Shown: positions 19,025-28,474 of the stretch, in pieces
Layout: each line of letters starts with the position of its first letter
Numbering within the stretch: the first letter of the stretch is position 1
NCBI GenBank assembly: GCA_964469555.1
Contig: CAYYAQ010000011.1
Location: 1-58,514 of the forward strand
Source of the DNA: an uncultured candidatus Brocadiaceae bacterium
Lineage (GTDB): Bacteria; Planctomycetota; UBA1135; UBA2386
Reading direction: 5' to 3'
Length of the DNA stretch: 58,514 bases
Made by a program: the position numbers and the translations under genes
The notes under the pieces: model-generated
The model's database searches: none
Seen by the model: only the letters and a program-made list of their open reading frames with translations
What the model was told of the DNA's origin: nothing

Positions 19025-21103
19025 GTGTCCAGAACAAACCCCTGTGTCGCTAACTGCAAGATCGCCGGCACCAGCTGCTCTTTCGAGACAGGTCGCATCG
19101 CGCGCCAGGCCAGCGGCGCCGTAATCGCGCGCAGCGGGGACGCGGTGATCCTCGCGACCGTCGTCGGCGCCGAGACTCCGCGAGCGGATGCCGGGTTCTT
19201 CCCGCTCACTGTCGAATACCGGGAGAAGCTCGCCGCCGCCGGGAGGATTCCGGGCACGTACAACCGACGCGAAGGACGCATCGCGGACCACGAAATCCTC
19301 AACTGCCGGCTGATCGACAGGACCGTGCGGTCGCTCTTCCCAGACGGGTACCGGGCCGAGGTGCAGATTCAGGTCACGGTGCTCTCCGCGGACCCCACGA
19401 TCGACACGACCACGCTGGCGCTGCTCGGGGCGTGCGCCGCGCTTCACATCAGTCCGGTGCCGTGCAGAGGGCCGGCGGCGGGCGTGCGCATCGTCCGGGC
19501 AGGGGGTGCGTTCCGCGCATTTCCGACGGAGGAACAGCGCGCGGAAGCGGACATCGACTTCGTCGTCAGCGCCGGACCTGACGGGCTGGTGATGGTCGAG
19601 GGCGAGGCACGCGAAGTGAACGAAGAGGACGCCATCACGGCGATGGAACAAGCACTCACCTGGATCGAGCGACTGCGCAAGGCGTTTGCCGAACTCTCGC
19701 AATCCGTCGGGAACGTGAAGTGGCCGGTCCGCGAAGCGCCCGCGCTTCCCGCGATTCCCCAGGACACGACGGACCAGCTCCGCGAGGCCCTCGCAGGCGC
19801 GACCGAGAAAAGCGACCGGCGTGAAGCAGTGCGCGTGATCCGCGACGAATACCTCAAGTCCATTCCCGATGACGCGGACGCGAATCTGGCGGACCACGCT
19901 TCGGCATTCGACGCCCAGAAGCAGTCGTTGGTGCGCAAGCAGATCCTCGAAGGCCACCGACCGGACGGACGCGGACCGAAGGACATCCGCGCCATCTGGT
20001 CCGAGGTCGGGTGGCTACCCCGCGCGCACGGCTCATCGATCTTCACCCGGGGCGAGACGCAGGCCCTCGTGACCTGCACGCTCGGCGCACCCGAGGACGC
20101 GATGCGCATCGAAGGCCTCGGCGGTCGGCAAGAGCAACGCTTCATCCTGCACTACAACTTCCCGCCTTACTCCGTCGGCGAAACGCGACCCCTTCGCGGG
20201 CCGGGGCGAAGGGAGATCGGCCACGGGGCGCTCGCTCACCGCGGGCTGCGCACGCTGCTGCCCACGAACGAAGACTTCCCATACACGATTCGGATCGAGT
20301 CGGAGATCAGCGAGAGCAACGGTTCGTCCTCCATGGCCACGGTCTGCGGGGGGTCGTTGGCGTTGTTCCACGCTGGCGTGCCCGTCAGCCGCGCCGCCGC
20401 TGGCATTGCGATGGGAATGGTCGCGGACGGCGATCGAAGCGTCGTGCTGTCGGACATCGTCGGCGAGGAAGACCACCTGGGTGACATGGACTTCAAGGTC
20501 GTGGGAACGAACCGCGGGATCACCGCGCTGCAGCTCGACAACAAGATCGGCGGCCTGAGCTTCGCCGCTTTGATCGAGGCACTCGTCCAGGCGCGATCCG
20601 GACGGGAACACATCCTGTCGAAGATGGCGAAGACGATCGCGGTGCCTGCCGCCGAAATGCCCCCACGCGCTCCGCGGGTGACCAAGATCGCCATCCTCCC
20701 CGACACGGTCGGCCTGCTCGTCGGTCCGCGCGGCGCGACCATCAAGGACATCCAGGCACAGACCGGCGCCCGCGTCAGCGTCGACGACCACGGCACCGTC
20801 TTGATCTACGCAGCGGAGGGCCCCGCTGCCAACCGGGCCAGGCAGATGGTGCAACAGCTGGTCGGCGTGCTGGAGGTCGACCACTACTACCACGGCGCCG
20901 TCACCGGAGTGAAGGACTTCGGCGTGTTCGTGAAGATCAACGAAGCCAACGAGGGGTTGGTGCCGAAGGACCAGATCTCCGATCCGCCCCCCGTAGAAGG
21001 GGCCGCCGTCGTCGTGAAGGTATTGGGAACGGACGAACGCGGTCGCCTACGACTGTCGATCCGCGAAGGGGTCGACGTGGACGCGGCTCGGATCGACTAC
21101 TGA
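19025..21103 (+). CDS. pnp: Polyribonucleotide nucleotidyltransferase (PNPase), divergent
   Basis: FETGRIARQASGAV, FFPLTVEYREK, AHGSSIFTRGETQ, RREIGHG, ESNGSSSMA, EDHLGDMDFKV; KH and S1 domains. GTG 19025 chosen as start. Confidence 0.93.
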   Translation: MSRTNPCVANCKIAGTSCSFETGRIARQASGAVIARSGDAVILATVVGAETPRADAGFFPLTVEYREKLAAAGRIPGTYNRREGRIADHEILNCRLIDRTVRSLFPDGYRAEVQIQVTVLSADPTIDTTTLALLGACAALHISPVPCRGPAAGVRIVRAGGAFRAFPTEEQRAEADIDFVVSAGPDGLVMVEGEAREVNEEDAITAMEQALTWIERLRKAFAELSQSVGNVKWPVREAPALPAIPQDTTDQLREALAGATEKSDRREAVRVIRDEYLKSIPDDADANLADHASAFDAQKQSLVRKQILEGHRPDGRGPKDIRAIWSEVGWLPRAHGSSIFTRGETQALVTCTLGAPEDAMRIEGLGGRQEQRFILHYNFPPYSVGETRPLRGPGRREIGHGALAHRGLRTLLPTNEDFPYTIRIESEISESNGSSSMATVCGGSLALFHAGVPVSRAAAGIAMGMVADGDRSVVLSDIVGEEDHLGDMDFKVVGTNRGITALQLDNKIGGLSFAALIEALVQARSGREHILSKMAKTIAVPAAEMPPRAPRVTKIAILPDTVGLLVGPRGATIKDIQAQTGARVSVDDHGTVLIYAAEGPAANRARQMVQQLVGVLEVDHYYHGAVTGVKDFGVFVKINEANEGLVPKDQISDPPPVEGAAVVVKVLGTDERGRLRLSIREGVDVDAARIDY

Positions 21104-21110
21104 CCCCGCG

Positions 21111-21248
21111 TCTAGCCCGCTCTTCTCGAAGATCTCGTAGCGAGATGGTGCAGATACCTGTGGATACAGGAAGGTCGACCGAGTCCGACGCGGTAGACGC
21201 CGGTAGTTGTGCCACCGCAGCAGAGACCTGGTGAGAAGAGCAGGCTAG
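21111..21248. repeat. CTAG-bounded palindromic element, copy 1 (MITE/RPE-like)
   Basis: CTAGCCCGCTCTTCTC (21112-27) pairs 15/16 with GAGAAGAGCAGGCTAG (21233-48). About 75% identical by manual alignment to 35312-35453. Confidence 0.88.
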
Positions 21249-21262
21249 CCGCGACGCGACAA

Positions 21263-21775
21263 CTATCGCTTCTTCGCCGGCAGCTGCCCGTGCTCCTCGG
21301 CCCGAGCCGCGCCGTGTTGGGTCGACACGATGACCCTGTCCACGCCGGCCTCGGTGATCGACGCGTACGAACACGACGTCTGCGAACCGTCGGCGTGGAT
21401 CCACCACTCCTGACCCTGCAGGTCGACCTGTTTCGCGACGACCGGCCCCGGCGGCGGGAGGCGGGGATCGCGTTTGATCGGCGGGATGCCGTCTTCCACC
21501 TTTACCCCATTGAGCGGGGGAAGGAACACACCACCACCGAGCGGGATGCCGCTCTCGACTCGTGGCAGGCGAAGCGCAACCCGAGAGCCCGGCGAGTACT
21601 TCGTGAACACCTCGATCGGAAGCTCCGCCTTCTCGTCTCCTGACGGCTGCGCGACCTGACCCGGCTGAACCTCCGAGCGATCGCTGCGCGGCGGCTTACC
21701 CGTGACCCACCACACTCCAAATCCGACGCCCGCAAGGGCCGCGAGCATCGCGATCACGCGAGTCACCGGTCGCAT
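21263..21775 (-). CDS. Hypothetical membrane-anchored protein
   Basis: MRPVTRVIAMLAALAGVGFGVWWV transmembrane helix, then a Pro-rich domain. ATG overlaps the upstream TGA. Confidence 0.7.
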   Translation of the reverse strand: MRPVTRVIAMLAALAGVGFGVWWVTGKPPRSDRSEVQPGQVAQPSGDEKAELPIEVFTKYSPGSRVALRLPRVESGIPLGGGVFLPPLNGVKVEDGIPPIKRDPRLPPPGPVVAKQVDLQGQEWWIHADGSQTSCSYASITEAGVDRVIVSTQHGAARAEEHGQLPAKKR

Positions 21776-23052
21776 CACTTCTCGATGTAGAACCAGGTCG
21801 CCTGCGTCGTCCCGGCCGCGATGCCCGTCGTCGTGTCGACGAGGCCGAACTCGAGCCCCACCCAAAGACCGATCGAGGTGGGCCCCAGCGCCGGGACGCT
21901 GATACGCTTGTTGGGCAGGAACGCGCCCAGAGAACTGATCAGGCCGTCGGCGAGGCTGTTCCCCCACAGCAGCGCGATCAGCGGATCGGCGGGATCGATC
22001 TCGAGGGTCTGTCCGAGAAACGGAGTCGCAAGGTTGCAGGGCGTGATGCTGGCGTTGAACAGCGGCAGCGCGCGCTTCCCCGTGTTCGCCGAATTGGTGA
22101 ACATGTCCCAACCGAAACCACCCGCCCTGGTACCGAGATCCGCAAGCCCGGACCCAACGTTGTAGGACGGGTACACGGTCCCGGCGAGCGCCGGTTCGCG
22201 ATTCTCACCCCAGTCCGAATGGAAACAAATCGTCGCCTGATCCTCGAAGTAGCCACCCATCGGTGAGCTGTAGATCGTGAGACCGCTGCCCGGCAGGATC
22301 TTGGACGGGTCGAAGTACGTGATCTTGCGACCCGTCCCGGGCTCGGCCCAGCCCCAGTGCGCGGGCGCGAAAACCGACTCGGACCAACCCGTCGGCAAGC
22401 TCTGGGACAGGGGCTTATTGTAGTGCTCGCCGCCCCGCCACTCGTAGGAGAACACCATCTCGTTCGTCGAGATCTTGACCTTCGTGTTGTACGTCACGGA
22501 CCACAGCAACGCCTTGTCCGCCTGGGACGATTGAACGAGGGGCGTGTGCACGGTGTTGTACGTCAACAACGCTGACTTGCTGAAGTCCGGCTCGAATCCA
22601 TCGCCGAACGGAGGCTTCGGCACCTTGGGAGCCCGCGCCTTAGGGGTCCAGATGGAGAACTTCGGAATGTAGATCGGCACCCCGGCGATCGTCTGTCCGG
22701 AGTGCGTCTTGCTGTAGTCAGCCAACGATGTCGCCGTACTCGGTCGCACGGCGATCATGTGTCCCGTGACCAACCGGTCCTTGAGCCGCCGGTTGAGCGG
22801 GCTCGGGTACCAGATCCACGTCAACGTCCCCGCCGGCACGCCCGTCGTGCTCACGGTCATGAATCCTTGGGGCTGGGCGCCGGGGACTTCGAGGGCGAAA
22901 TTCGTAACCGGGTGGACCTTGGTCTGCACCAGGTCTCGCGCACCAAACCGCATGACCTCGTTGTAGTTGTTCTGCGCGCGCAGAGGCGTGGCGAAGGTCG
23001 CGGAGACGACGGCAGCGGTCATGCTCGCGAATAAAGCGCGATGCTCGATCAT
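21775..23052 (-). CDS. Hypothetical secreted protein
   Basis: Signal peptide (…ATPLRA-Q); Gly/Pro/Thr/aromatic-rich beta-type composition; strong coding bias. Confidence 0.8.
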   Translation of the reverse strand: MIEHRALFASMTAAVVSATFATPLRAQNNYNEVMRFGARDLVQTKVHPVTNFALEVPGAQPQGFMTVSTTGVPAGTLTWIWYPSPLNRRLKDRLVTGHMIAVRPSTATSLADYSKTHSGQTIAGVPIYIPKFSIWTPKARAPKVPKPPFGDGFEPDFSKSALLTYNTVHTPLVQSSQADKALLWSVTYNTKVKISTNEMVFSYEWRGGEHYNKPLSQSLPTGWSESVFAPAHWGWAEPGTGRKITYFDPSKILPGSGLTIYSSPMGGYFEDQATICFHSDWGENREPALAGTVYPSYNVGSGLADLGTRAGGFGWDMFTNSANTGKRALPLFNASITPCNLATPFLGQTLEIDPADPLIALLWGNSLADGLISSLGAFLPNKRISVPALGPTSIGLWVGLEFGLVDTTTGIAAGTTQATWFYIEK

Positions 23053-23260
23053 TGGGGGTTCCTCCCGGTTGTCTGGGTTTGTCGGTTCACCCCGCTGTCG
23101 CGTGCAGCAACCGCGCAGTTACCCGGATTCCGGTGCGGAGGGAGAAAAGATCGGCGACAGAAACAACCTTCAGTATCCCATCCGAGCCGCGCGGGTGGAA
23201 GTACTACCAAGCGGTTCCAAGCATGAGATTCGCCGCAGCGCAGGCCCGCGGAACGCGGCT

Positions 23261-23758
23261 TCAGGACGAGGCGTCAAATACGACGCGATCGGGGAGAATC
23301 TTGGCGATGCGCTGGGCATGTTCAGAGCGCATCAGCCCGTAGTCATGGGTGGACCTGGGTCCGATCCGGACGACGCACAGGGAACCGTCCGCCAACTGCA
23401 TCCGCTCCGTGATCGGCAGATCGAGGTACGGGAGGCTGCCGTTTTCGAGCCCGAAGTACCATCGCGTCGCCCCCTTGCGGCCCGGTCTCTTGACCTCGCG
23501 TTTCAGAAGGTCCTCGCACGCACCGACCTCGGCGGACGCGTCACGTTGGGCCTGCAACTCGGCCTGCTGGTCGCGGTCCGCCTGGCGCTTGTTCTCTTTC
23601 TCGGCGCGAAGCTCAGCGTCGTGGCCCTCGCGTTCCTTGTCGATGCCGGCGGCGCCGCCGACTTTCTTGCGGTGGACGCGGTCTTCGTGCGCGAGTCGTT
23701 TTGCGTCCTTCTTGGAGAGGAGCCTGGCTTTCTTGAGTTGATCGCGGAGGTCGCCCAT
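23261..23758 (-). CDS. DUF2058 (YaiL-like) family protein
   Basis: MGDLRDQLKKARLLSKK start, charged coiled coil, then G...WYF...G...L...LADG C-terminal domain. Confidence 0.7.
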   Translation of the reverse strand: MGDLRDQLKKARLLSKKDAKRLAHEDRVHRKKVGGAAGIDKEREGHDAELRAEKENKRQADRDQQAELQAQRDASAEVGACEDLLKREVKRPGRKGATRWYFGLENGSLPYLDLPITERMQLADGSLCVVRIGPRSTHDYGLMRSEHAQRIAKILPDRVVFDASS

Positions 23759-23891
23759 GGATTGGGGATGGTAGTGGTTGGGGGACCTGAATGGCTGATC
23801 GAGAGAGAGAAGGGACGATCGCGGTGGCGCCATTCCCACGCGAGTTGCCGAGATGGCTCAGCGGTGTTGAGCCCGGGCCTTCCCGGGGGTG

Positions 23892-24164
23892 CTAGTCAAA
23901 GGCTCCCTCATCGAACCGGATCGCGATGCCCGTGCTGTTCTCGCTATGGCTCTCCACTCTCACCAGCCTACCCTCCACCTCGCGGTCCCCGATCCGTACC
24001 CTTGCCCGGATCTCCGTTTCGGCGATGAAATAGACACCGACCGCCGAGATGTTCCTGCCTGCCCCCTGGATCGACTCGGACTGCAGCGTGACCGTGACGT
24101 CGGCCATCAGCGGTAGGCGGTCATAGGTGCGGTCGGACTTCGCGTGCGGCGTGCGTTGCGACAT
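23892..24164 (-). CDS. Stand-alone PilZ domain protein
   Basis: RTYDR (RxxxR), NISAVG (D/NxSxxG), GRLVR, GIAIRF; 90 aa. Confidence 0.85.
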   Translation of the reverse strand: MSQRTPHAKSDRTYDRLPLMADVTVTLQSESIQGAGRNISAVGVYFIAETEIRARVRIGDREVEGRLVRVESHSENSTGIAIRFDEGAFD

Positions 24165-24264
24165 GGGCTCGGTTGGGGTGTGGGGAATGGACCGTTCTAG
24201 ATTTCGACAATCCGACCACCAGCGCTGAACCCGATTCGTCCCACCCACCTGTATCTTCTACGCC

Positions 24265-24921
24265 GTGGCCACCCACCAGGAGACCGAATACCGGCGTGAG
24301 CCGGGCTACGCCGAGCGCTACCGGGACCGACGATTCGCGTCCGGATCGGGCGGTCGCACCCACCAGCGGGAGGCCCGAGCCCTCGGGGAGCTGCTGGCCC
24401 ACGGGGCCCCAGGGGAGGACGCGACGGGCAGGCGGGCGGGACCCTGGCTCGACGCCCCCTGCGGCGCCGGGCGGCTGAGCTCGTTGCTGCCCGGCCCGGC
24501 CATCCTCGTCGACCGCGACCTGTCGATGGTCCGCGCCGCGCCCGCCGACCGTCGCCGCGTCTGCGCCTCCATCCATCAGCTACCGTTCGCGGATCAGACG
24601 TTTCGCGGCGCCTTGTGCATGCGCTTGCTCCACCACATCCCGGGCAGCGAGGAACGCCGCACGATCCTGTCCGAACTGCGTCGCGTCACGAACGGGCCCG
24701 TCGTGGTCTCGTTCTTCCACTCGTTCTCGTTGCAGAACCTGAGAAGGGTCATCTCACGCACGCTCGGTCGACGCCGGAGCGGGCGATGCGCCGTGAGCTG
24801 GCGCGTCTTTCGCGCGGATCTCGAGGCTGCTGGCTTCACGCCGGCCCGTACCCGGCCACTGTCTCGCTTCGTCAGCGAACAATGGCTCGTGCTGTTGACG
24901 CCCAAAGACGCTACTTCGTGA
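24265..24921 (+). CDS. Class I SAM-dependent methyltransferase
   Basis: LDAPCGAGR, VDRDLSM, LPFADQTF, RLLHH, LSELRRV. Confidence 0.88.
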   Translation: MATHQETEYRREPGYAERYRDRRFASGSGGRTHQREARALGELLAHGAPGEDATGRRAGPWLDAPCGAGRLSSLLPGPAILVDRDLSMVRAAPADRRRVCASIHQLPFADQTFRGALCMRLLHHIPGSEERRTILSELRRVTNGPVVVSFFHSFSLQNLRRVISRTLGRRRSGRCAVSWRVFRADLEAAGFTPARTRPLSRFVSEQWLVLLTPKDATS

Positions 24922-26467
24922 CCCGACGACCGAACGCCTCGATCTGCCGGGCCGCCATCGGCACCGCGAGGCACCAGGGGCGCGACTTGTCCTGAAGAAC
25001 CTCGAGTTTCTTGTTTTCGGCGCTCTTCGCGTAGGTCTGCAGTAGATCGATGCTCTGCTTCGCGCTCGGCGAGTGGCCTGCAATGGCGAGAATGGGGAGC
25101 TCGCGCAACGTGCGCAGCTGCGGCGAAGCCAATCCCCCCGTCGCATTGACGAGCACGAGTCCACGCACCCGCCTCGGGTACTTCATCGCGAGATCCACGA
25201 CACCGCTGGCGCCGTGCCCCTCACCGATGAGGACGATCCGGTCGGCGTCGAAGGGGAACACCTCCGCGAGCGTCGAGAGCAGGGACACCATGCCCGCGAG
25301 CGTGTGCTTCATCCGGCCCGGCGACTCGACGACGACCAGCTGAAACGCCTGCTCCTTGTCGAACCCGACGATTTTCAATGCCTCGACCAGGTACCCCGGC
25401 AGCGTGTAGTGCGGGAAACTCGGGCGACGGTCCGCGTGGTCGAGAACCGGGATCGACGGCATCACGAGCATCAACGGTTTTCTCGCCAGAGCCTCATGAC
25501 CCTCGGAGCCCTTCGCGGGGAGACCGCCTGTTGGCAAGCGAAGCGTCGTGAACACGACATCCCTCCGCGGGTTCTTCGCGTCCTCTACCGGCAGGGCGAT
25601 CGTGGCGAAACCGCCCACCGACTTCAGTGGGAACTCCCCGGTCGCGATGTTCTTGCGAATCGTCTCCGCACAGAGCAGATCAGGAACCGCGTGGGACGGA
25701 CTGACTCCGGGAACCCCGAACCACGCGCGGCTCGCGTACTCGGATGCTCCCTGCAAGATCGCGCGGCGCAACGGATCGACCTCGCGCAAGGCCTTGGCGA
25801 GTTGCTGGTTCTCCCCCACGAGTCGAAAGCGACCTGCCCGTTCCGCGTAGTCCCTCATCACCGCGAACGCCGCGCCCAGTGGAAGATCCGTCTTCCGCGG
25901 TTTCTCGCCGTCGAGGATCGTGTCGACGTGCACGTGGTATGCCCCATCGGCGAGACCGGCGAGAGGGATCTTGCAGGTAGAGCGGAACTCGCGGAGGTCC
26001 CGAACTTCGTCGTTCTCCTGGATCTTCGCGCGGCGAACGACCTTGCCCTTCGCATCCGTCACGCGCAACTCGAACGCGAACTTCTTGGGTGAGGGAAACT
26101 TGCCCGTCATGCCCAAGTACGGGGCCCAGATCGTCACGTCCAAGTCACGCCCCTCGCCACACGCCTCCGGCAGCGCGAACACCTGCAATCCGGAGCGAAA
26201 GTAGAACCCCCCGTCGGCGTCGATGCCTCGCGCCACTGCGATGGTCCGGGCAACGGTGAGCAGTGGCAACTGCTCGGCGTTGCGCAGAAACGAATCGGCG
26301 ACAGCGATCTGCTTCTCGATCGGCAGCTTGACTATGGACTCGAGGAGCACGCGATTCTGCTGCTGCAACCAGGCCCACTGCCGGTAGTTCATCCGGTCGA
26401 TCTGCGCGTGCAGGCAGCCCGTGAGGATGGACCCGGACAGTAGAAGTGCCAGTCGGTTCGCCGTCAT
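24911..26467 (-). CDS. Exported protein with C-terminal alpha/beta-hydrolase-like domain (probably inactive)
   Basis: Signal peptide; KPLMLVM...FDADRIVLIGEGHGASG...KYPRRVRGLVLVN...LPILAIAG. ATG overlaps the upstream stop. Confidence 0.7.
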   Translation of the reverse strand: MTANRLALLLSGSILTGCLHAQIDRMNYRQWAWLQQQNRVLLESIVKLPIEKQIAVADSFLRNAEQLPLLTVARTIAVARGIDADGGFYFRSGLQVFALPEACGEGRDLDVTIWAPYLGMTGKFPSPKKFAFELRVTDAKGKVVRRAKIQENDEVRDLREFRSTCKIPLAGLADGAYHVHVDTILDGEKPRKTDLPLGAAFAVMRDYAERAGRFRLVGENQQLAKALREVDPLRRAILQGASEYASRAWFGVPGVSPSHAVPDLLCAETIRKNIATGEFPLKSVGGFATIALPVEDAKNPRRDVVFTTLRLPTGGLPAKGSEGHEALARKPLMLVMPSIPVLDHADRRPSFPHYTLPGYLVEALKIVGFDKEQAFQLVVVESPGRMKHTLAGMVSLLSTLAEVFPFDADRIVLIGEGHGASGVVDLAMKYPRRVRGLVLVNATGGLASPQLRTLRELPILAIAGHSPSAKQSIDLLQTYAKSAENKKLEVLQDKSRPWCLAVPMAARQIEAFGRRVTK

Positions 26468-27654
26468 CGTCTTCGTCGCTCCTTCTCTCTTCGGGGATAG
26501 GTCTTCTTCACCCACTTCTTGAACGGTTCCTCGATCGACAGCGGCGTCAAGCTGTAGACCTTGCGCAACGCATCCCGCGTCGAGATCTTGTTCTTGATCA
26601 GGCGGATCAGGTCGCGCATCTTCGCGCCACCGTAGGCCGAAATCAGGAAATCGACGTACGCGAACGACAGGGCGTGGGCTTCGAGACTCAGCTGGTCCGT
26701 ATTGAGCAGGAAGAACTTGCGGAAGAACATCTGCTTGCGCGCGTCGACCAGCAACCGCACGCCCGACTTCCACTTTCCGTTCTTCCAGCCCGCGCCCGGA
26801 TCGATCGCGACCTCTTCATAGCAGTAGTTCGTCACCAACGCACTCGCCTTGTACTCGAAGTAGTGCGCGATGCCGGCGTCGATCCAGCCGTGACCCTTGT
26901 TGAAGATCCACGTGTTCGGCGCCATGTGGTTGACGAACAGGTGCGTCACATGGTGCCCCATATAGCGCTTCATGTCGTCGTCGTTGCGCATCTCGCGGGG
27001 CAACCTCCACATGGAGAAGATCATCTTGTCGCCCATGTACTTCTTGCCAGACGCGGATCCCGCATCGGACCCGAGCTTGCGTGGGGTGATGACGAGATGA
27101 TCCGAGCGCTTCTCGAACATGTAGAGCTCGACCCTGACGGAGAAATCCTGATCCGTAAGTTCGAAGATCTTGCAGAACTCGGCGAAGTGCTGCTCGAGCC
27201 GATCGACCCAGATGTGCATCAGCTCGTGCTGAGGACGCGGTCGCGGATTCTTGCCGATGCGCATCGGGGCGATCGTGAACGTGAGGTTGAAGTGCTTCGA
27301 CTTCACGTGCAGGACCTTCTTCGACTTCGTGTACTTCTCGACCTGCTCGCGACGGTCCACGAACCACTTCTGTACGAGCTCCTTCCGCACGACCGCCGCG
27401 TCCTGGACGCCGGGATTGTCACAGATCTTGCAGTCGATCCGGTAGGTGCCACCGCATGTCGCGCACGCCGACGCGACGCTGCAGTAGTCGACGTTCTTCT
27501 CCCACTCGATCGCCTTCTTGTGTTTCTTGCACGGGTTCGATCCCACCCCTCTGCACGCGTTGCAGGCGACCTTCGCCTGGCCGACGACATCGACAGAGGC
27601 CGCGGGCAACACGAAGAGCAGTGACGTGGCGAAGTGGAGAGCGGGCTTTGTCAT
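26464..27654 (-). CDS. Exported Cys-rich zinc-finger protein with degenerate peptidase-MA-like domain
   Basis: Signal peptide; CNACRGVG..CKKH, CATCGG, CKIC; GHHVTH...GWIDAGIAHYFE; Y-VDFL. Confidence 0.7.
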   Translation of the reverse strand: MTKPALHFATSLLFVLPAASVDVVGQAKVACNACRGVGSNPCKKHKKAIEWEKNVDYCSVASACATCGGTYRIDCKICDNPGVQDAAVVRKELVQKWFVDRREQVEKYTKSKKVLHVKSKHFNLTFTIAPMRIGKNPRPRPQHELMHIWVDRLEQHFAEFCKIFELTDQDFSVRVELYMFEKRSDHLVITPRKLGSDAGSASGKKYMGDKMIFSMWRLPREMRNDDDMKRYMGHHVTHLFVNHMAPNTWIFNKGHGWIDAGIAHYFEYKASALVTNYCYEEVAIDPGAGWKNGKWKSGVRLLVDARKQMFFRKFFLLNTDQLSLEAHALSFAYVDFLISAYGGAKMRDLIRLIKNKISTRDALRKVYSLTPLSIEEPFKKWVKKTYPRREKERRRR

Positions 27655-27700
27655 CGGAGTATCGGGCCGGGAGATGACCGGGCACCGACAGGATACGGGA

Positions 27701-28474
27701 TCAGTCCACGCCGAGAAGCTTGTGGATCTGAGACAGGACCAGAGGCGTGTATCCAGCATCTGCCGCCAGCGTGGCGGCCCGGGCGACCTTCTCGGTCGAG
27801 CAGGGGTAGCCCACGTCGAGGCAAGGGGTAACCGGCTGCAGGACCAGCCGGAACCGATCGCGAAGCGATCGCAGCCTCGTCAGCGCGGTGCTGATGCCGT
27901 CTTCGGACACGGCGGGCGTGAGCACCATTTTTACATCGACGGGAATCGACTGCTCGGCGGCGATCGCGACGCAAGCGGCGGACTGCTCACCGGCGGCCTG
28001 CTCATCCCCGGTCGTCAGTGTCCCGGGCAGCTTGTAGTCCAGACTGGCGTGGTCGATCGCGGGCGCGCAGCGCGCGAACGCTTCGGCATCGAGGGCGGCC
28101 GTCTCCAGGAAGACGCGGAGGTCTCGCGCCCGCAACGCCGCACCGACTTCGGCGACGAACTCCGGGTAGAGCAGCGGTTCGCCGCCGGTGAGCGAGACCC
28201 AGCGCGTCGTCCCAAACGGATTCGAAGCGGCGGACGCGACGGCGAGCTCCGCGGCGAGATCTGCTGTGACAGGGTTGCCGTGCCGCGTCTCGCTCGCGCC
28301 GATGCGCACCGGGAACTCGGACTCGGCTACGTAGCTGTTGGTCGTGTCGCAGTACGCGCACCGGATAGGACACTTCGCGACGCGGACGAAACTCATGGGT
28401 AGACCCACGTGGCGCCCCTCGCCCTGCACGGACGAGAAGATCTCGACGAGCGGCGCCTCCGATGTTCCAGTCAC
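27701..28474 (-). CDS. queE: 7-carboxy-7-deazaguanine synthase (radical SAM)
   Basis: EIFSSVQGEG, FVR, CPIRCAYCDT, SLTGGEP, LET, LQP, QIHK. Confidence 0.9.
   Translation of the reverse strand: MTGTSEAPLVEIFSSVQGEGRHVGLPMSFVRVAKCPIRCAYCDTTNSYVAESEFPVRIGASETRHGNPVTADLAAELAVASAASNPFGTTRWVSLTGGEPLLYPEFVAEVGAALRARDLRVFLETAALDAEAFARCAPAIDHASLDYKLPGTLTTGDEQAAGEQSAACVAIAAEQSIPVDVKMVLTPAVSEDGISTALTRLRSLRDRFRLVLQPVTPCLDVGYPCSTEKVARAATLAADAGYTPLVLSQIHKLLGVD

Noticed and set aside
21111..21248. Palindromic element read as 6S RNA, tRNA or a self-cleaving ribozyme
   Set aside because: No cloverleaf or hammerhead/twister/pistol core was recognisable. A truncated third copy and the CTAG termini fit a mobile repeat better, though an ncRNA role is not excluded.
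27701..28474. queE as part of a 7-deazaguanine DNA-modification (dpd) island
   Set aside because: No dpdA/tgt-like, queC or queD neighbours; the context is housekeeping.
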